From Nitrospiraceae bacterium (GTDB lineage Bacteria; Nitrospirota; Nitrospiria; Nitrospirales; Nitrospiraceae): 64,000 nt of DNA. The DNA is taken from positions 1 through 64,000 of the forward strand of contig JBFWWG010000004.1 in the NCBI GenBank assembly GCA_050246315.1, written 5' to 3'. Positions 60,337 to 64,000 of this stretch are shown here, piece by piece. The notes under the pieces are model-generated. The model was given only the letters and a program-made list of their open reading frames with translations, had not been told where the DNA came from and ran no database searches. Each line of letters begins with the position of its first letter. Positions within the stretch are counted from its first letter, which is position 1. A program made the translations under genes and the position numbers.

Positions 60337-62103
60337 CTATGGCGCCGACGGCACGGTCGCCTTGGCCCGAGCGATATATAACAGGCCGTCGGCCATGGAA
60401 TAGTTAAATGGCAGCTCGCACACCACCTCGCTGATCTTCTCGTAGACGTGTTGATAGACTCGCTCCGCCTCATCCGGAGTCATGCCTTCCTGGACTTCGT
60501 AAAAATATCCGAGACTGAGATCCTCCGAGGATGGCCGCATGATCCGCCGGATGCCGTACCCGCCCGGATCACTCATGATCGGGGCTTCCTTTTCCAGATC
60601 GAACAGACAGGGTTGACAGGAAAACCCGTAGGAGTCATGAAGTCTGGAATTCTGCACGACGAAGTTCATGGTCTCCAGGGCTTCTTCCTCCTTTTCCGTC
60701 GGGAAGCCCACGATCACATAACAATGCACGGCGATGCCCAGGTCGATGCAATCGTTCGTGATCCGCCGCACGCTGTCCTGTTTGATCCCCTTCTTCATGA
60801 AATCCATCATGCGCTGGTTGAACGTCTCCAGCCCGAAGACGATCTTGAGACAGCCCGCGTCCCGCATCTGTTCCAGCAACTCGCGGCTGAGATTCTTTTC
60901 GAAGCGCATTTCGGCCGTCCACTGAAGGTTCAAGCGGCGCTCGTTCAACATTTGGCAGAGCCGTTTGGTTGGGGACAGGGCCAGGCATTCGTCGGTAAAA
61001 AAGAAATACGGCGTGTCGTATTTTTCCTGCATCATCGCCAGTTCGTCCACCGTCTTGGCCGGATCCTTTTGCCGGAAGTTCTGATGGTCGAGCGTCAAGG
61101 CGCAAAACGCGCAATCCTTGTAATAACAGCCGCGCGAGAACTGCACCGGCAAGACGGTTTCCGGAGCCAGATAGAGATCCAGCGGGAAGCCGTCATAGTC
61201 CGGGGCCGGAAGCTGCCCGATATTTTCGGAATAAAACGGTTGATTGACCGTGATCTTGCCGTGCTGGCGATAAATCAGGTTGGGGACCTTGCTGTAATCC
61301 CGCTTTCCGCTGAGCTGATTCACCAGCTCCAGGAGCGCGGTCTCACCCTCGAACACGATGAAATCGTCCGTCAGGTCAAACAGGCTTGGGCAGCGCCTGA
61401 GATTGTCCACCAAACGCGTAAAAATGCTGCCACCGATCGTCACATGAAGGTCAGGAGCGGTTTCCTTGATCAACCGGCAGAGGGTCAGGCCGGGAACGAT
61501 CTGGGAGGTGGCGGTAATCGAGACACCGACCAGGTCCGGTGATTCGGCCAGAATGGAGGGAAGAAACCGCTGCCGGAAGAAATCGATATAGGGATTCTGG
61601 GCCTCATCGCGAATGACTTTCATCAAGTCTTTGGATGAGTAGAGGGAATAACTGTTGAATTGATTGTCCACCACCGTCAACCGAGTTGGAAAGTAGAGAG
61701 TCGAGATCAGCTCCAACCACTTGTCGACGAGAAAAAGGCTCTCTCGGTACCGTTCCAGATCGTAAAATCCCTCCCCACGCAATGTCTCTTTGGCCGTTTC
61801 AATTCGATCGATCAGGTACGGAAACCGATCCAACGACTCCACCACACGAGCATAGTGCTCGGCGCTGCCCGGACCCGACTCCCCCTGCGCCTGCCGCTCC
61901 AGATGCTTGGCCTTGTCATTCAAACGCTCGTACACCTCGACACCGTAATCGCGCGTGAGCAGCCAATCGAGCAATTCGATACCGATGTCCCGCTGTCCCA
62001 CCTGCTGCACCCCGTGATGCCGCAAAAATCCGGTCAAGGACGGCAGGCTGAGGTACGGTTGGGAGGGATGCCAGGTTGGAGGAAAAACCAGAGATATCTT
62101 CAT
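60337..62103 (-). CDS. B12-binding domain radical SAM enzyme
   Basis: PYLSLPSL, DLVGVSI, TIGG, FEGE, SRGCYYKDCAFC (CX4CX2C), FTDE and IVGFPTE. Confidence 0.9.
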   Translation of the reverse strand: MKISLVFPPTWHPSQPYLSLPSLTGFLRHHGVQQVGQRDIGIELLDWLLTRDYGVEVYERLNDKAKHLERQAQGESGPGSAEHYARVVESLDRFPYLIDRIETAKETLRGEGFYDLERYRESLFLVDKWLELISTLYFPTRLTVVDNQFNSYSLYSSKDLMKVIRDEAQNPYIDFFRQRFLPSILAESPDLVGVSITATSQIVPGLTLCRLIKETAPDLHVTIGGSIFTRLVDNLRRCPSLFDLTDDFIVFEGETALLELVNQLSGKRDYSKVPNLIYRQHGKITVNQPFYSENIGQLPAPDYDGFPLDLYLAPETVLPVQFSRGCYYKDCAFCALTLDHQNFRQKDPAKTVDELAMMQEKYDTPYFFFTDECLALSPTKRLCQMLNERRLNLQWTAEMRFEKNLSRELLEQMRDAGCLKIVFGLETFNQRMMDFMKKGIKQDSVRRITNDCIDLGIAVHCYVIVGFPTEKEEEALETMNFVVQNSRLHDSYGFSCQPCLFDLEKEAPIMSDPGGYGIRRIMRPSSEDLSLGYFYEVQEGMTPDEAERVYQHVYEKISEVVCELPFNYSMADGLLYIARAKATVPSAP

Positions 62104-62281
62104 GTGCCTCAATTGATCACGTTTGGACCCAAGGCCCCTGAATTGTGGAAGAATCTCGAATTTTTATACACCCCGCCTTCACGCAATTGCAACCCTGGTG
62201 GAGCACCGCCCCCAGAGTCAGCCTTCCGACTCAGCCGGAGCCCTGCGCCGCCAGATTCCTCGGCGTCGAATCTCCTCGCCT

Positions 62282-62328
62282 AAAAAGGAAAAGCCCCGAC
62301 AGGTCTTTCAACCCTCGGGGCCTTTCTC
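62282..62328 (-). terminator. Intrinsic terminator after the NxrC-like gene
   Basis: Minus strand GAAAGGCCCCGAG...TCGGGGCTTTTCCTTTTT. Confidence 0.75.
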
Positions 62329-62389
62329 GACTCATGGAACGACCGATGTCGCTAGCGTGGACTTCGACCGCTCCGTTACCTAGCCTTCC

Positions 62390-63343
62390 TCACTGAAGCT
62401 TGAGGGTATACCAGGTGGAAATACCCTTCATGCCGTTACGTTCAACGTTGCTGCCGTCCCAGGCCGCAAACGCGATCGGCACAGAGGCGCCCGCCTTGAA
62501 CTGCACATCGTTCGGGTCGCCGTTTTCCATGGTCCGCTTGATGACCACGCGCCAGGTCGGACCGGTGAATCCACCGCCCTTGACGGAACCAGCCGGTTCC
62601 CACACGCCGTTACCGATCACATCCTGATGGGCCTGCGTCGTCAGGGTGCTGAAGCCGTTGGCATTGAGGTCCTCAACCGAACTCACCCGAAGGGTCGGAT
62701 CGGACATGATGTTGCCCGACCAAATGCCAGGGTTGAACGGACCTAGGCTTCGGCCGATCCGATCCGGATAGGTCACACCGCCAGCCGGCTCTTCAAAGTA
62801 GTAATCCCAGAAAATCCCAGGATACTGGTCGTCCACATCCCAGAGACCGGCACTGTCCTTTCCAATGTCCTTCTGCCACTCGGCGTTCCACCGCCAGATG
62901 TTCACGGTTCCGCCGGATTGCCCCATACACTGAAATGGAGGCGCACCGGACGTATTCACCGGGAACTGGAGGGCCGCCTGATCACGGAAGTCCTGTGGTC
63001 CGATCGTCGTATCGTTCTTCGTCTGATCGTTCCACTCCACCCGGAAACCGATATCCTTCCCGTTCGACACGGCCTTGACGAAGACCGTCTTGACGGCGAA
63101 GTTCGGGTGCATCGGCGTCGTAATGGTTTGCCCGCTGAGCGGGATCATCACGCCCGGCACCCCTTCCCACTGAGGATTCGCTCCATCCATCGGGATGGGC
63201 CCCTTGATCGCCTTGACCGGAATTGTCACCGGTTGGCTGACCGCCAGAGGGATCTGCCCGATCGTCAACATGACGCCGACGACCAGAGCAGAGACGAGAA
63301 TGCCAAACACTAGGCTTTTGCTGCGTGTCTGCACGAGCCTCAT
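62390..63343 (-). CDS. EbdC/NxrC-like heme b subunit, candidate nitrite oxidoreductase gamma subunit
   Basis: N-terminal TM/signal; FRDQAALQFP, CMGQ, VNIWRWNA and FAAWDG..ERNGMK; SD GAGGAG; next to a TorD-family chaperone. Confidence 0.85.
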   Translation of the reverse strand: MRLVQTRSKSLVFGILVSALVVGVMLTIGQIPLAVSQPVTIPVKAIKGPIPMDGANPQWEGVPGVMIPLSGQTITTPMHPNFAVKTVFVKAVSNGKDIGFRVEWNDQTKNDTTIGPQDFRDQAALQFPVNTSGAPPFQCMGQSGGTVNIWRWNAEWQKDIGKDSAGLWDVDDQYPGIFWDYYFEEPAGGVTYPDRIGRSLGPFNPGIWSGNIMSDPTLRVSSVEDLNANGFSTLTTQAHQDVIGNGVWEPAGSVKGGGFTGPTWRVVIKRTMENGDPNDVQFKAGASVPIAFAAWDGSNVERNGMKGISTWYTLKLQ

Positions 63344-63457
63344 GAATATGCCCTCCTCTCGATAAGTAGGATTAAGAACTCAAAAACCGTTCACCCAAAC
63401 TCCGCAATAAGTGCAAGGAACGCCCCACATGAAAAAGCACGACGGCGATCGTGAGTC

Positions 63458-64000
63458 TTACGCCGTCCCAAACGGCCCCTTCTCCTCCTTTTCCTCTTGC
63501 TTGTCCATAAAGGACTGCGCCCCGACCTCGCTCAAGAGCATGCTCAACTCGTTACCACGATCCTGAGCCCCGCATTCATAGGACTGCCCCTCCGGGGCAT
63601 TGAAGGTGGCGGGACGATAGTCGGTCTCAGAATAGGGTTGCGGACTGACTCCGAGATACAGGGATTCGAGATCCATCCAGGCCCCGCAGATATCGGCAAT
63701 AAACCGGAAGAGGCCCGAGTCTGACTTCTTGGAGAGCATTCGGGAAAAGAGGGGAACCCATCGCCCAATATGATTCTTGACGAACTTCTTTTGCGCATCC
63801 ACCACGATTTGCGTTTTCTCAGGCCCGTCATGGCACAGTGCGTACGATTCCTTGTAGGCGAGAAAATGCATGAACTCGAGCTCGACGCTCAGGTGGTCGA
63901 GACGCTCATGGATATCCTTGGACAGCTCCACTCCGAATGCCTTGTAGAATCCAGCGATGTCCCCCATCACGTGCGATTGGGCAAACACGTGGTCGTTGCC
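63458..64000 (-). CDS. TorD/DmsD-family molybdoenzyme chaperone (5' end outside the window)
   Basis: DIAGFYKAFG...ERLDHLSVELEFMHFL...F...HIGRW. Confidence 0.88.
   Translation of the reverse strand, partial: GNDHVFAQSHVMGDIAGFYKAFGVELSKDIHERLDHLSVELEFMHFLAYKESYALCHDGPEKTQIVVDAQKKFVKNHIGRWVPLFSRMLSKKSDSGLFRFIADICGAWMDLESLYLGVSPQPYSETDYRPATFNAPEGQSYECGAQDRGNELSMLLSEVGAQSFMDKQEEKEEKGPFGTA

Overview
This is a GC-rich bacterial chromosome segment, most likely from a nitrite-oxidising Nitrospira. That is an inference from gene content: two Met/Lys-heme NxrC/EbdC-like genes with a TorD/DmsD chaperone, TatA, pentaheme cytochromes, Pup, SmbP and a Cld-family protein. Most of the window is housekeeping (thpR-cinA, chdC-like, GH15, TolC, RNase Z-like, uvrA, pepF, relA/spoT, recJ, hppA). 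Three regions stand out. (1) At 19.8-24.7 kb there is a defence/decay hotspot. It holds two Phd/YefM antitoxins with broken toxins (one split by two stacked MITEs whose removal restores the frame), a REP-flanked DUF559 remnant, and a TIR-STAND NTPase-TM-FGE/C-lectin receptor whose 3' end looks like a remote diversity-generating-retroelement target. (2) At 46-52 kb there is a type III-like restriction locus with an intact res gene. The catalytic centre of its mod gene has been replaced by a translationally coupled HNH nuclease + MazG-like cassette. (3) At 52.6-64 kb there is an NXR-accessory/maturation cluster that includes a B12 radical SAM enzyme. At least seven non-autonomous TIR elements of four end types are present, and three of the end types share one internal CGTAC...GTACG hairpin core. 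I saw no rRNA, tRNA, CRISPR array, transposase or reverse transcriptase. All calls are by eye, without database searches.
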